The position numbers and the translations under genes are program-made. The notes under the pieces are model-generated. The model saw nothing but the letters and a program-made list of their open reading frames with translations. It was not told the origin of the DNA and did not search any database. This document shows, one piece after another, positions 8,207 to 17,071 of a stretch of DNA of 24,486 bases; the stretch's first letter is position 1; each line of letters opens with the position of its first letter. Source of the stretch: Candidatus Cryosericum sp. (lineage in GTDB: Bacteria > Caldisericota > Caldisericia > Cryosericales > Cryosericaceae); contig JBNAWM010000009.1 in the NCBI GenBank assembly GCA_049699855.1, positions 1 to 24,486 on the forward strand, given 5' to 3'.

Positions 8207-8663
8207 TTTTTGACCTGATTGCTGAAAAAAACTCCTGTAGAATGGCTTCTGCTTCGGTGCGCAACACACCGGAGACAATCTCGGGACGGTACCCAAAGAT
8301 TGGCTTCGTGAGCATATTGCCATTGCTGCCTACAGCTCCGTTGTCAAAATCGTACGCTCCGAACACGAGGCGATCAACTCGCGCAAGAGCAATTGCCGCC
8401 GCGCACATCGGACACGGCTCAAGCGTAACGTACAGCGTACACCCATCCAACCGCCAGTCCTGCAGGCGCTCCGCCGCGGCGCGCAACGCAAGTATCTCAG
8501 CGTGGGCAGTAGGATCCTTCGCCTGCTCGCGCATATTGTGCGTTGCGGCAATGATCTCGCCATCCTTTGTGACAACGCACCCCACAGGAATCTCGCCTTC
8601 GTCAAGCGCAAGCCTTGCTTCATCCAGGGCCCGAAGCATGTTGTTCACGTCGGAGGACGCCAT
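8193..8663 (-). CDS. tadA: tRNA adenosine(34) deaminase
   Basis: GEIPVG, HNMRE, DPTAHAE and LYVTLEPCPMC motifs; adjacent to its substrate tRNA-Arg(ACG). Confidence 0.93.
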   Translation of the reverse strand: MASSDVNNMLRALDEARLALDEGEIPVGCVVTKDGEIIAATHNMREQAKDPTAHAEILALRAAAERLQDWRLDGCTLYVTLEPCPMCAAAIALARVDRLVFGAYDFDNGAVGSNGNMLTKPIFGYRPEIVSGVLRTEAEAILQEFFSAIRSKRRGG

Positions 8664-8671
8664 ATCAGGAA

Positions 8672-8748
8672 TGGTGCGCCCGACAGGAATCGAACCTGTA
8701 ACCTACGGTTCCGTAGACCGTCACTCTATCCAGTTGAGCTACGGGCGC
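8672..8748 (-). tRNA. tRNA-Arg(ACG)
   Basis: GCGCCCG/CGGGCGC acceptor stem, anticodon arm ACGGT-CTACGGA-ACCGT, TTCGATT T-loop and encoded ACCA; 77 nt. Confidence 0.97.
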
Positions 8749-8757
8749 ACAACGATG

Positions 8758-8785
8758 ATTGTATTCCATTTTCTCCGGTTGGCAA
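8758..8785 (-). promoter_or_regulatory. Sigma70-type promoter for tRNA-Arg/tadA unit
   Basis: On the minus strand: TTGCCA (8785-8780), 16-nt spacer, TACAAT (8763-8758), ending about 10 nt before the tRNA 5' end. Confidence 0.75.
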
Positions 8786-8837
8786 GAAGAATAGAGAGGC
8801 TGGCAGATCAGCGCGGCAGTGGAGATGCACACAAATC

Positions 8838-8846
8838 TGTTATAAT
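8838..8846 (+). promoter_or_regulatory. Extended -10 promoter for HI0933-pdx-ruv operon
   Basis: TG-T-TATAAT located 10 nt before ATG 8857; no good -35. Confidence 0.65.
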
Positions 8847-8856
8847 CAACCTGTCA

Positions 8857-10167
8857 ATGAAAACAAGAGCTGATGTGTGTGTCGTGGGTGGGGGTGCAGC
8901 CGGGATACTGGCCGGCCTGTCAGCCAAGCGTCGCCTGAAGGCGCTAGGCTGCAGCGGGTCGGTGCTGATTCTCGAGCGGAACCGGATGCTTGGCAGGAAA
9001 CTCTCCATTACTGGGAAAGGAAGAGCGAATCTGACGAATGCCCGGACAATCGATGAGTTCATCGAAGCGTTTGGGCCTTCGGGAAAGTTCCTGTATCCGG
9101 CGTTCAGGTCTTTTTTCTCGGCGGACCTGGCTGTTCTGCTTTCAGAAGCTGGCTTGCAGTTGAAGACTGAACGGGGCGGCCGGATGTTTCCGGTGACTGA
9201 CAGGGCGCAGGATGTTGTTCAGGCGTTGGGACTGCTTCTGGCGCGGGAATCGGTCGAAGTGCTGTATGGGGCGAGAGTCCACTCGGTTGATGGTGAGGCT
9301 GGCGCCTGGAATGTCGGGACCGAGTCGGGTGCATCTATCGAGTGCTCGGCACTTGTCGTGACCACGGGAGGAAAGTCCTATCCCGGCACCGGTTCAACGG
9401 GAGATGGGTACCGGCTGGTGGAACGTCTTGGTCATCATGTGGGCCCTCTTTCTGCGGGGCTCGTCCCCCTGCAATGCTCCGATGAGTGGCTCAAGGGTCT
9501 CGCGGGTGTGTCGCTGGAAGGTGTGGCGGTGGAGGCATGGGACGGTTCGCGGATGCTGGACCGCAGGCAAGGTGAGATTATGGTCACCGAGAGAGGGATC
9601 GGAGGCCCTGCTGTGCTCTCGCTGAGCCTGGCCGTTACGCCGGTGCTTGCCGAGGGGAAGCGGGTTACCCTGCGTCTTGATCTGAGGCCACAGCAGACAC
9701 ACGCTGACGTGGTCCATGCGATGGAAACCTGTCGGAATGCCGATGAGATTCTGACGTATGTGTCGAGATTCCTGCCAAGGAGGATCAGTGCCCGGTTCAT
9801 GCAGGTCTGGGGCATCGAGGGCATGGGTCAGGCGCTATTGCCCAGGAAGAAGCTGGCGGAGGTGGCGAGGTCAATCAAGGGGACCGAGCTGACATGCACG
9901 GCGGCCGATGCCCTGTCGTCAGCGATCGTTACCCAGGGCGGCGTGCTTCTGCGCGAGGTCGACCCCAGGTCCATGTGTTCGAAACTGCTGCCAGGACTGT
10001 TCTTTGCGGGCGAGCTTCTTGATCTTCAAGCTGTCACGGGCGGGTACAACCTCCAGGCGGCATTTTCGACTGGATTCCTGGCAGGGAAATGTGCAGCTGA
10101 ATACGTTGCCAAATCTACAAATAGCGATAAACTCTACAAGGAGGTGACGACAACATGGCCGAAATAG
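8857..10167 (+). CDS. HI0933/YhiN (BaiN/RdsA)-family NAD(P)/FAD-dependent oxidoreductase
   Basis: [51 protein letters not shown] and [20 protein letters not shown]. The real start is ATG 8857, not 8077. Confidence 0.92.
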   Translation: MKTRADVCVVGGGAAGILAGLSAKRRLKALGCSGSVLILERNRMLGRKLSITGKGRANLTNARTIDEFIEAFGPSGKFLYPAFRSFFSADLAVLLSEAGLQLKTERGGRMFPVTDRAQDVVQALGLLLARESVEVLYGARVHSVDGEAGAWNVGTESGASIECSALVVTTGGKSYPGTGSTGDGYRLVERLGHHVGPLSAGLVPLQCSDEWLKGLAGVSLEGVAVEAWDGSRMLDRRQGEIMVTERGIGGPAVLSLSLAVTPVLAEGKRVTLRLDLRPQQTHADVVHAMETCRNADEILTYVSRFLPRRISARFMQVWGIEGMGQALLPRKKLAEVARSIKGTELTCTAADALSSAIVTQGGVLLREVDPRSMCSKLLPGLFFAGELLDLQAVTGGYNLQAAFSTGFLAGKCAAEYVAKSTNSDKLYKEVTTTWPK

Positions 10168-11039
10168 GTACGACAAGGATAAAGCGCGGATTGGCAGAAA
10201 TGTTCAAGGGCGGCGTCATTATGGACGTGACCACGGTGGAGCAGGCGAAGATAGCGGAGGAAGCTGGTGCCGTTTCTGTCATGGCCCTGGAACGAATCCC
10301 TGCCGATATTCGCAAAGAGGGTGGCGTTGCACGGGCTGCGGATCCCGGACTGGTAGAGCAGATCATGGAGGCCGTTTCGATTCCGGTTATGGCCAAGGTG
10401 CGCATCGGGCACATTTCCGAGGCGCGGATACTGGAGTATATGGGTGTGGATTTCATCGATGAAAGTGAGGTTCTCACGCCCGCCGATGTCGTCTACCATA
10501 TCGACAAGTGGCAGTTCAAGATACCTTTTGTTTGTGGTGCACGCAATCTGGGCGAGGCCTTGCGGCGCATCAGCGAAGGGGCAGCTATGATCCGGACCAA
10601 AGGCGAGCCGGGCACGGGAGACGTGTCCGAGGCAGTCACGCACATGCGCGTTGTCATGAATGAGATTCGCAAAGTCCAATCGATGCTTGAGGACGAGCTG
10701 ACCGTCGAGGCCAAGGAACTTGGCGTCAACGTCGAGTTGCTGCGCGAAGTGCGCGCGCTGGGACGCCTGCCCGTTGTCAATTTTGCTGCCGGGGGAGTTG
10801 CGACGCCGGCAGATGCCGCCTTGATGATGACTCTGGGCGCGGACGGCGTGTTTGTGGGTTCCGGCATTTTCAAAAGCGATGACCCACTGCCTCGCGCGAA
10901 GGCCATTGTTGCCGCGACGACCTACTGGAATGACCCAAAAGTGCTGTTCGAAGTCAGCAAGGGTTTGAAAGAGGGAATGTCTGGCATCGATGCCCGTACG
11001 CTCGCCGAGCTCGACAAGATGCAGGTGAGGGACAACTAG
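10155..11039 (+). CDS. pdxS: Pyridoxal 5'-phosphate synthase lyase subunit
   Basis: [41 protein letters not shown] and [20 protein letters not shown]. Confidence 0.97.
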   Translation: MAEIGTTRIKRGLAEMFKGGVIMDVTTVEQAKIAEEAGAVSVMALERIPADIRKEGGVARAADPGLVEQIMEAVSIPVMAKVRIGHISEARILEYMGVDFIDESEVLTPADVVYHIDKWQFKIPFVCGARNLGEALRRISEGAAMIRTKGEPGTGDVSEAVTHMRVVMNEIRKVQSMLEDELTVEAKELGVNVELLREVRALGRLPVVNFAAGGVATPADAALMMTLGADGVFVGSGIFKSDDPLPRAKAIVAATTYWNDPKVLFEVSKGLKEGMSGIDARTLAELDKMQVRDN

Positions 11040-11041
11040 GC

Positions 11042-11632
11042 GTGACGATCGGAGTTCTCGCCCTGCAGGGCGACTTTCGTGAACATATGCGTATGGTCGA
11101 GTCTCTCGGCGTCCGGACGCAGCTGGTTCGTTTTCCCGAGGAAGTCGATCAGGTTGATGGATTGATCATTCCGGGAGGAGAGAGCACAACCATGGGGAAA
11201 CTCATGGTGAAGTATGGCCTGGATCGTGCTATTATTGACAGGTTCAATGCGGGCCGGCTTGCGGTCTACGGGACGTGCGCGGGAATGATCGTGCTTGCCC
11301 GTGAGATCGAGGCGAATGTTGACCAGCCTCACCTGGGACTGCTGGATGTCACGGTACGCAGGAATGCGTTTGGCCGCCAGAAGGAATCAAGCGAGGAGGA
11401 TCTCGACATTGAAGGACTGGATACGCCGTTGCATGCGCTGTTCATCAGAGGACCGGTCATTGTTCGGACAGGACCCTCCGTGAGGGTGCTTGCAAGGGTA
11501 GCCGAAGGTCCGGTCTATGTCCAGCAGGGCAGACTGCTTGCGTCGTCCTTCCATCCGGAGCTTGGGGACGACACGAGAATTCACCAGCATTTCTTACAGC
11601 TCTCAGAACAGAGCCTAAATCAGGAGGTCTAG
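11042..11632 (+). CDS. pdxT: PLP synthase glutaminase subunit
   Basis: GVLALQG, PGGESTT, GTCAG, RNAFGRQ and SFHPE. Confidence 0.96.
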   Translation: MTIGVLALQGDFREHMRMVESLGVRTQLVRFPEEVDQVDGLIIPGGESTTMGKLMVKYGLDRAIIDRFNAGRLAVYGTCAGMIVLAREIEANVDQPHLGLLDVTVRRNAFGRQKESSEEDLDIEGLDTPLHALFIRGPVIVRTGPSVRVLARVAEGPVYVQQGRLLASSFHPELGDDTRIHQHFLQLSEQSLNQEV

Positions 11633-12388
11633 ATGTCCGGGCATTCCAAGTGGCACAACATTCAAGCCAAGAAGGGCGTAGAAGACGCCAAGCGTGGTCG
11701 CGCTTTTACCAAGATCACTCGTGAGATCATCATTGCGGCAAAGGCGGGCGGCGGAAATCCTGAAACCAACACACGGCTGAGAGCGGCGGTCGAGAAGGCA
11801 AAATCTGCAGGCATGCCCAACGACAATGTCAAGAAAGCGATCATGCGTGGTACTGGCGAGATGGAAGGCGTCAGTTATGAAGAGACGACCTATGAAGGAT
11901 ACGGGCCAAACGGAACCGCTTTCATCATCATGGCCTCGACTGACAACAAGAATCGCACGACGTCCGAGATCAGGCGCATCCTCTCCCAGCACGGTGGTGC
12001 CTTGGGTGAGAACGGGTCTGTCAGCTGGGGCTTTGAGCGCAAAGGCTCCCTTGAAATCGACCCCGGGGACAAGTCCTACGACGACCTGTTCATGATCGCC
12101 GTGGACAGTGGCGCAGAAGACCTGAAGCAGGATGAAGAGGTGACGACTGTCATCACGGGTCCCGAGGATGTCTATAAGGTACGCCAGGCTCTCGAGACGG
12201 CCGGGATCGTCGTGAAATCGGCATCGCTGGTGATGATTCCAAAGACGCTTGTCTCCGTCTCCATCGACGATGCTCGCAAGATAGCTCGTCTGGAAGAAGC
12301 ATTGGATGAACACGATGACGTCAGCGACTACTTCTCCAACTATGAGATGAGCGACGAAGTCATCAAGCAGCTGGAGCAGGAAAGCTAG
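11633..12388 (+). CDS. yebC: YebC/PmpR-family protein
   Basis: MSGHSKW, YEGYGPNG and TDNKNRT; typical position upstream of ruvC. Confidence 0.95.
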   Translation: MSGHSKWHNIQAKKGVEDAKRGRAFTKITREIIIAAKAGGGNPETNTRLRAAVEKAKSAGMPNDNVKKAIMRGTGEMEGVSYEETTYEGYGPNGTAFIIMASTDNKNRTTSEIRRILSQHGGALGENGSVSWGFERKGSLEIDPGDKSYDDLFMIAVDSGAEDLKQDEEVTTVITGPEDVYKVRQALETAGIVVKSASLVMIPKTLVSVSIDDARKIARLEEALDEHDDVSDYFSNYEMSDEVIKQLEQES

Positions 12389-12395
12389 AGAGATT

Positions 12396-12911
12396 ATGCT
12401 CACACTGGGAATTGATCCCGGTCTGGCTCGCATTGGCTACGGTGTCGTCTCTTCTGAGGGTGACGCCGTAGCCCTTCTTGACTACGGCTGTCTGGAAACT
12501 CATGCAGACACTCCGTATCCGGATAGGCTGAAGTACATCTATGATGCGGTGCGCCGTCTTGTCCACCGATACAAACCTGACGCAGTCGCGCTCGAGTCGC
12601 TGTTCTTCTTTCGAAACGCAAGGACAGTGATGAAAGTGAGCGAAGCGCGCGGGGTCATCGTCCTGGCGATCGGCACGTGCCACGTGCCAGCATTCGAGTA
12701 CACGCCTCAGCAAGTGAAACAGGCTGTCTCGTCCTATGGCATGGAGACCAAGAAAAATGTCGAGATCGCCGTGCGCCAGATTTTCGGCATTGAGGAACAT
12801 ATCACACCGGATGACACTGCCGATGCCATTGCCATTGCGCTGTGCCATTCTTTTACGGGAGCCTACCGGACGGCAGTTCTCGAAGGTGAAGCTGATGATT
12901 GCTCTGATTAG
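12396..12911 (+). CDS. ruvC: Holliday junction resolvase
   Basis: LGIDPG, ALESLFF, EARGV, EYTP.QVK and PDDTADAIAIALCH. Confidence 0.95.
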   Translation: MLTLGIDPGLARIGYGVVSSEGDAVALLDYGCLETHADTPYPDRLKYIYDAVRRLVHRYKPDAVALESLFFFRNARTVMKVSEARGVIVLAIGTCHVPAFEYTPQQVKQAVSSYGMETKKNVEIAVRQIFGIEEHITPDDTADAIAIALCHSFTGAYRTAVLEGEADDCSD

Positions 12912-13488
12912 GGGAACCGTTTACAGAAGGCTGGATGCCGCGATCATTGTTCTTGTCGGCGACATCGGGTATGAGGTGAGAGTGATTGATCCTGCGGGCT
13001 TCCAAATAGGTGAGGAAGTGGAGCTGGAAACCTACCATGTTGTCAAGGAAGATCGCCAGGAACTGTATGGGTTCGCGGAGCCTCTTGATCATGAGGTCTT
13101 TACAGATCTCATCGAACATGTTCCAGGCGTTGGCGCAAAGACTGCATTGAGTTTACTGCGCAACGTGTCGGCGTCCCGTCTTGTCGAGGCAGTCCGGGAG
13201 CAGAACATCGGACTGCTGACGTCTGCGGCTGGCGTGGGCAAGAAGAACGCAGAGCGCATCCTGATCGAGTTGCGCCCGATCGTTAACCGCAAGTACGCCG
13301 ATCTCATTGAAGCTGGAAGCGGCGGAAGCGGTGAACCTACGGTCTTGGTAGAAGTGGAGATGGCTCTACGGTCGCTGGGTTACTCCCAGCGTGAGATCAG
13401 CAGTTCCTTGCGCGAGCTTGGGGCCCCGAAGGATCGGTCGGCGGAGGAACTTGTCAGCGACGCTCTACAATTCCTGTCGAGGAAGTAG
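12895..13488 (+). CDS. ruvA: Holliday junction DNA helicase subunit A
   Basis: MIALIRG, IGYEV, LYGF, HhH motifs VPGVGAKTA and AGVGKKNAERI, and C-terminal ALRSLGY. The start is ATG 12895. Confidence 0.95.
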   Translation: MIALIRGTVYRRLDAAIIVLVGDIGYEVRVIDPAGFQIGEEVELETYHVVKEDRQELYGFAEPLDHEVFTDLIEHVPGVGAKTALSLLRNVSASRLVEAVREQNIGLLTSAAGVGKKNAERILIELRPIVNRKYADLIEAGSGGSGEPTVLVEVEMALRSLGYSQREISSSLRELGAPKDRSAEELVSDALQFLSRK

Positions 13489-13491
13489 CTG

Positions 13492-14556
13492 ATGGCAGCC
13501 GGAGAAGAGAAGCGCGTGCGTCGGAAGCCGGTCGTGGCCAAACCGGCTGCTGCACCGCCGAAGCCAGATGCGGATGCAACCGGTGCAGTCATGCGGCCCA
13601 GGCGGCTAGAAGACTTTATTGGTCAGGAGCAGTTGCGACGCAACCTTACGGTTTTCATCAATGCAGCGTTGAGTCGCAAGGAACCTCTCGACCACTGTCT
13701 GCTCTATGGACCGCCGGGATTGGGCAAGACAACACTTTCACAGATCATTGCAGTTGAGCTGGGCGTTCGGTTCAAGTATACGAGTGGACCGGCGCTTACC
13801 AGGGCAGGTGACCTGGCCAGTATTCTTGCCTCTTTGAAGGAACGCGATGTGCTGTTCATCGACGAGATTCACCGTTTGCCAGCGGCAGTCGAAGAGGGAC
13901 TGTATTCGGCGATGGAGGATTTTCAACTGCCGATCATTCTGGGAAAGGGGCCCAGTGCAAAGACGCTTACCATACGTCTCAAGCCATTCACCCTGATCGG
14001 TGCGACGACACGATTCGGCATGCTGTCTGCCCCGCTTCGTGACCGTTTTGGGATTGTCATGCGCATGGACCCGTACAATGAAGCCGATCTGGCCGTCATC
14101 ATAACCAATGCTGCGGCTCGGTTGGAGACAAGCATAGAGCCTGCCGCTGCCAGACGCATCGCCGCGCGCTCGCGCGGAATACCGCGCATTGCGCTGAGAA
14201 ATCTGAAACGCATCAGAGATTACCTTGCGTATGCGGGGGCGACCATCGTAGATGTCAAGCTGGTCGATGAGGCTTTTTCGCACCTCAATATCGATCGATA
14301 TGGACTGCTTGACATCGACCGTCGTCTGCTCGAGGCAATCGATGAGAAGTTCAGGGGAGGACCAGTCGGCCTCGACAGTCTTGCTTCTGCGATCAGTGAG
14401 GATCCAGAGACGGTGTCTGTAGTAATTGAACCCTATCTGGTACAGCTGAACTTCATCGCACGCACCTCGCAGGGACGGATCATCACCGACCTGGGACGTC
14501 GCTACCTGAAGACCCATGAGTCTGCAGCAGGGGGAAGCGACGAAGCATTGTTCTAG
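13492..14556 (+). CDS. ruvB: Holliday junction branch-migration ATPase
   Basis: RP..LEDFIGQ, GPPGLGKTT, FIDEIHR, GATTR, PLRDRFG and GGPVG. Confidence 0.97.
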   Translation: MAAGEEKRVRRKPVVAKPAAAPPKPDADATGAVMRPRRLEDFIGQEQLRRNLTVFINAALSRKEPLDHCLLYGPPGLGKTTLSQIIAVELGVRFKYTSGPALTRAGDLASILASLKERDVLFIDEIHRLPAAVEEGLYSAMEDFQLPIILGKGPSAKTLTIRLKPFTLIGATTRFGMLSAPLRDRFGIVMRMDPYNEADLAVIITNAAARLETSIEPAAARRIAARSRGIPRIALRNLKRIRDYLAYAGATIVDVKLVDEAFSHLNIDRYGLLDIDRRLLEAIDEKFRGGPVGLDSLASAISEDPETVSVVIEPYLVQLNFIARTSQGRIITDLGRRYLKTHESAAGGSDEALF

Positions 14557-14577
14557 CGTCTGTCCAGCTTGTGAAGC

Positions 14578-14605
14578 TTGATAAAGTGCCGGAAATCGGT
14601 ATAAT
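14578..14605 (+). promoter_or_regulatory. Sigma70-type promoter for tRNA-Ser(GCT)-coaX operon
   Basis: TTGATA (14578-14583), 16-nt spacer, TATAAT (14600-14605). Confidence 0.8.
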
Positions 14606-14655
14606 CAACTTGGACCCGTACAGCACAGTTCGGGTTTGTCCGATTCAAAGCGCAC

Positions 14656-14747
14656 GGAGAGATGGCCGAGTGGCTGAAGGCACTCGCCTGCTAAGCGAGT
14701 GGGTGGTTAATACCGCCTCCCGGGTCCAAATCCCGGTCTCTCCGCCA
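14656..14747 (+). tRNA. tRNA-Ser(GCT)
   Basis: GGAGAGA/TCTCTCC acceptor stem, anticodon arm CTCGC-CTGCTAA-GCGAG, long variable arm, T-arm CCGGG-TCCAAAT-CCCGG and encoded GCCA; 92 nt. Confidence 0.94.
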
Positions 14748-14771
14748 TTCTGTTGTTGAAGGCGTCCCAGT

Positions 14772-15551
14772 ATGCTTCTTGCCATTGATGTCGGTAATAC
14801 CAACATAGTCTATGGCCTGTTTGATGGTTCCGCGCTGCGCGAGAGCTGGCGCCTGGCGACCGACAGGGGCAAGACTGCTGATGAATACGGAGTGTTCATC
14901 CGCAGCTTATTTCAGTCTTCAGGCATCCAACTGAGTGAAGTCGATGCCGTTGTGCTTGCTTCCGTTGTTCCGCCCCTAACACCTATCATGCGTCACCTCA
15001 TCGACCGCATGTTCCACGTGCGGGCGCTCGTTGTTTCCACTTTGCTGAAGACAGGCATCTCGTGGAAAGTTGAATCGCCGTCGGAGATGGGTGCAGATCG
15101 CATTGCTGACTGTGTGGGCGGTTACTCCAAGTATGGAGGGCCGTGCATTGTTGTCGATCTTGGCACGGCTACGACCTTTAACTTCGTGAGCGCCGACGGG
15201 CAGTACCTTGGTGGATCGATCGCACCGGGGCTTCTCAATGCAAGCGAATCGTTGTTCATAAAAACGGCGAAACTTCCGCGTATAGAGCTGGAGCGTCCTG
15301 CTAGCACTTTGGGGACCGACACGATCACCCAGATGCAAGTGGGTGTTGTGTGGGGCGAAGTATTCATGGTAGATGGGATGATCCGGCGAATCCGTGAGGA
15401 CAGTCACTGCCCGGATGCCAAAGTCATCGTGACGGGTGGTCTGTCAAGCGTCGTGGTGCCCGGACTTCAGACTTCGTGCGTCTACGATCCAAATCTTACC
15501 CTGGAGGGCCTGCGGATTCTGTTTGAGCTGAACAGGAGCGAGACGGCGTGA
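14772..15551 (+). CDS. coaX: Type III pantothenate kinase
   Basis: LAIDVGNT, SVVP, MGADR, VVDLGTATT, GGSIAPG and VTGG. Confidence 0.95.
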   Translation: MLLAIDVGNTNIVYGLFDGSALRESWRLATDRGKTADEYGVFIRSLFQSSGIQLSEVDAVVLASVVPPLTPIMRHLIDRMFHVRALVVSTLLKTGISWKVESPSEMGADRIADCVGGYSKYGGPCIVVDLGTATTFNFVSADGQYLGGSIAPGLLNASESLFIKTAKLPRIELERPASTLGTDTITQMQVGVVWGEVFMVDGMIRRIREDSHCPDAKVIVTGGLSSVVVPGLQTSCVYDPNLTLEGLRILFELNRSETA

Positions 15552-16540
15552 GAGTGGGCTCTCTTGAACTGGACGGGCGTGCGCTGCTCGCCCCGCTGGC
15601 TGGATATGGCGATTCCCCGTTCCGTTTGCTGTGCAGGCGGTACGGTGCTGCCATGGTCTATACCGAGATGGTCTCGTCGCTCGGCATAAGGTTTCGCAAT
15701 GCCAAAACGTTCAGCATGCTGGCGTTTGAGGCTGACGAGCATCCGGTCGATTTTCAGATATTTGGCGCACGACCAGATGCGATGGCAGAGGCTGCAGTGG
15801 TTCTGGCCGAAGCGGGCGTCGATGCCATCGACATCAACATGGGTTGCCCCGAGCCGAAAATCGTCAAGACCGGGGCTGGGTCTGCGCTGCTGAGAAACCT
15901 TCCTCTGATTGATGCCATCACGTCTGCAGTGGTACGTGCCACGCCTTTGCCTGTCACTGTGAAGATCCGAAAGGGATTCTTGATGGACGACAATGTCGCT
16001 GGCGAAATACTGGCGATCTGCGAGAAAAATGGCGTGGCAGCTCTGGCTATCCATGGGAGTACAGCCGTACAGGGCAGATCGGGCTCCAAGGATTGGGATG
16101 TCATTGCCGCGACGAAGGCAAAAGCGACGATACCTATCATTGCGAATGGGGGCGTCAAAAAGGCAGATGATGCCAAGAGGTTTCTGGAGTACACTAACAG
16201 TGATTTCGTGATGGTTGGCCGGGCAGCTCTCGGGAACCCGTGGGTTTTCGAGCAGATCAATGATGTGCTTGCCGGGAAGACGCCGCGAGAGCCTGGCGTC
16301 GATGAACGGTTCGACGTCATGCAGGAGCATGTGGATCGCGAAATTGCCCTGAAAGGCGAGGTCATCGGGGTCAAGGAGATGCGCAAGCATCTTGCTTTCT
16401 ACTTCAGAGGCCTGCCTGAAGCGACCGTTTATAGAAACCGTATCAACCAGATACGATCTGGAGACACATTGAGAGAGCTGTTGAATGAGTACCGTTCACT
16501 TTGCAAGAGTGCCAGCGAGGAGGTTCGCCATGATGCATGA
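15548..16540 (+). CDS. dusB: tRNA-dihydrouridine synthase (DusB/NifR3 family)
   Basis: LAPLAG, YTEMVS, QIFG, DINMGCP, VTVKIR, IANG, MVGR..LGNPW and EMRKH. Confidence 0.92.
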   Translation: MRVGSLELDGRALLAPLAGYGDSPFRLLCRRYGAAMVYTEMVSSLGIRFRNAKTFSMLAFEADEHPVDFQIFGARPDAMAEAAVVLAEAGVDAIDINMGCPEPKIVKTGAGSALLRNLPLIDAITSAVVRATPLPVTVKIRKGFLMDDNVAGEILAICEKNGVAALAIHGSTAVQGRSGSKDWDVIAATKAKATIPIIANGGVKKADDAKRFLEYTNSDFVMVGRAALGNPWVFEQINDVLAGKTPREPGVDERFDVMQEHVDREIALKGEVIGVKEMRKHLAFYFRGLPEATVYRNRINQIRSGDTLRELLNEYRSLCKSASEEVRHDA

Positions 16541-17069
16541 GGACGAAGAACTACTGAGTGATGACATTGAGATTACGAATGCGCGCGAAGATGAGCAGGA
16601 CAAGCTTTATATCAGTCCGTCTCAGCGCGAGAAGATGCTGAAGGAGCTCGAGCGGCTCAAGACGAAGGAACGCCTGCGCATCGCGGAGCGCATCAAAGAG
16701 GCAAAGGGGTTCGGTGATCTGTCCGAGAACGCCGAGTACGAGGAAGCCAAGAAAGAACAGGCTTTCATTGAGGGAACAATCATGGACCTCGAGCGCCAGC
16801 TTGAGCGTTCCATCGTCGTTGACCCCGGTGATACCGGCACGGGCGAAGTACATATGGGATGCAGAGTCAAGGTCAAGGACGTGGAAAGCGGCCAGGAGCG
16901 GTGGTTCACCATCGTAGGAAACCTGGAAGCCGATCCGATGGAAGGACGCATCTCTATTGACAGCCCTGTCGGGAAGGCACTGGTGGGAAAGCACGAAAAG
17001 GAAACGGTTGCCGTGCGCATTCCCAAGGGACGCGTTTCCTACAAGATCATCTCCATCGAGAAGGTATAG
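16530..17069 (+). CDS. greA: Transcription elongation factor GreA
   Basis: GDLSENAEYEEAK and ISIDSPVGKAL; SD AGGAGG at 16518-16523 before ATG 16530. Confidence 0.95.
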   Translation: MMHEDEELLSDDIEITNAREDEQDKLYISPSQREKMLKELERLKTKERLRIAERIKEAKGFGDLSENAEYEEAKKEQAFIEGTIMDLERQLERSIVVDPGDTGTGEVHMGCRVKVKDVESGQERWFTIVGNLEADPMEGRISIDSPVGKALVGKHEKETVAVRIPKGRVSYKIISIEKV

Positions 17070-17071
17070 CT

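Noticed and set aside
8710..8716. G37 in the tRNA-Arg(ACG) anticodon loop (CTACGGA) differing from E. coli
   Set aside because: The same loop occurs in Bacillus-type tRNA-Arg(ACG), so it is not unusual.
8077..8856. 260-aa N-terminal extension of the HI0933 ORF
   Set aside because: It runs antisense across two tRNAs and tadA. Family homology begins at ATG 8857, directly after a promoter.
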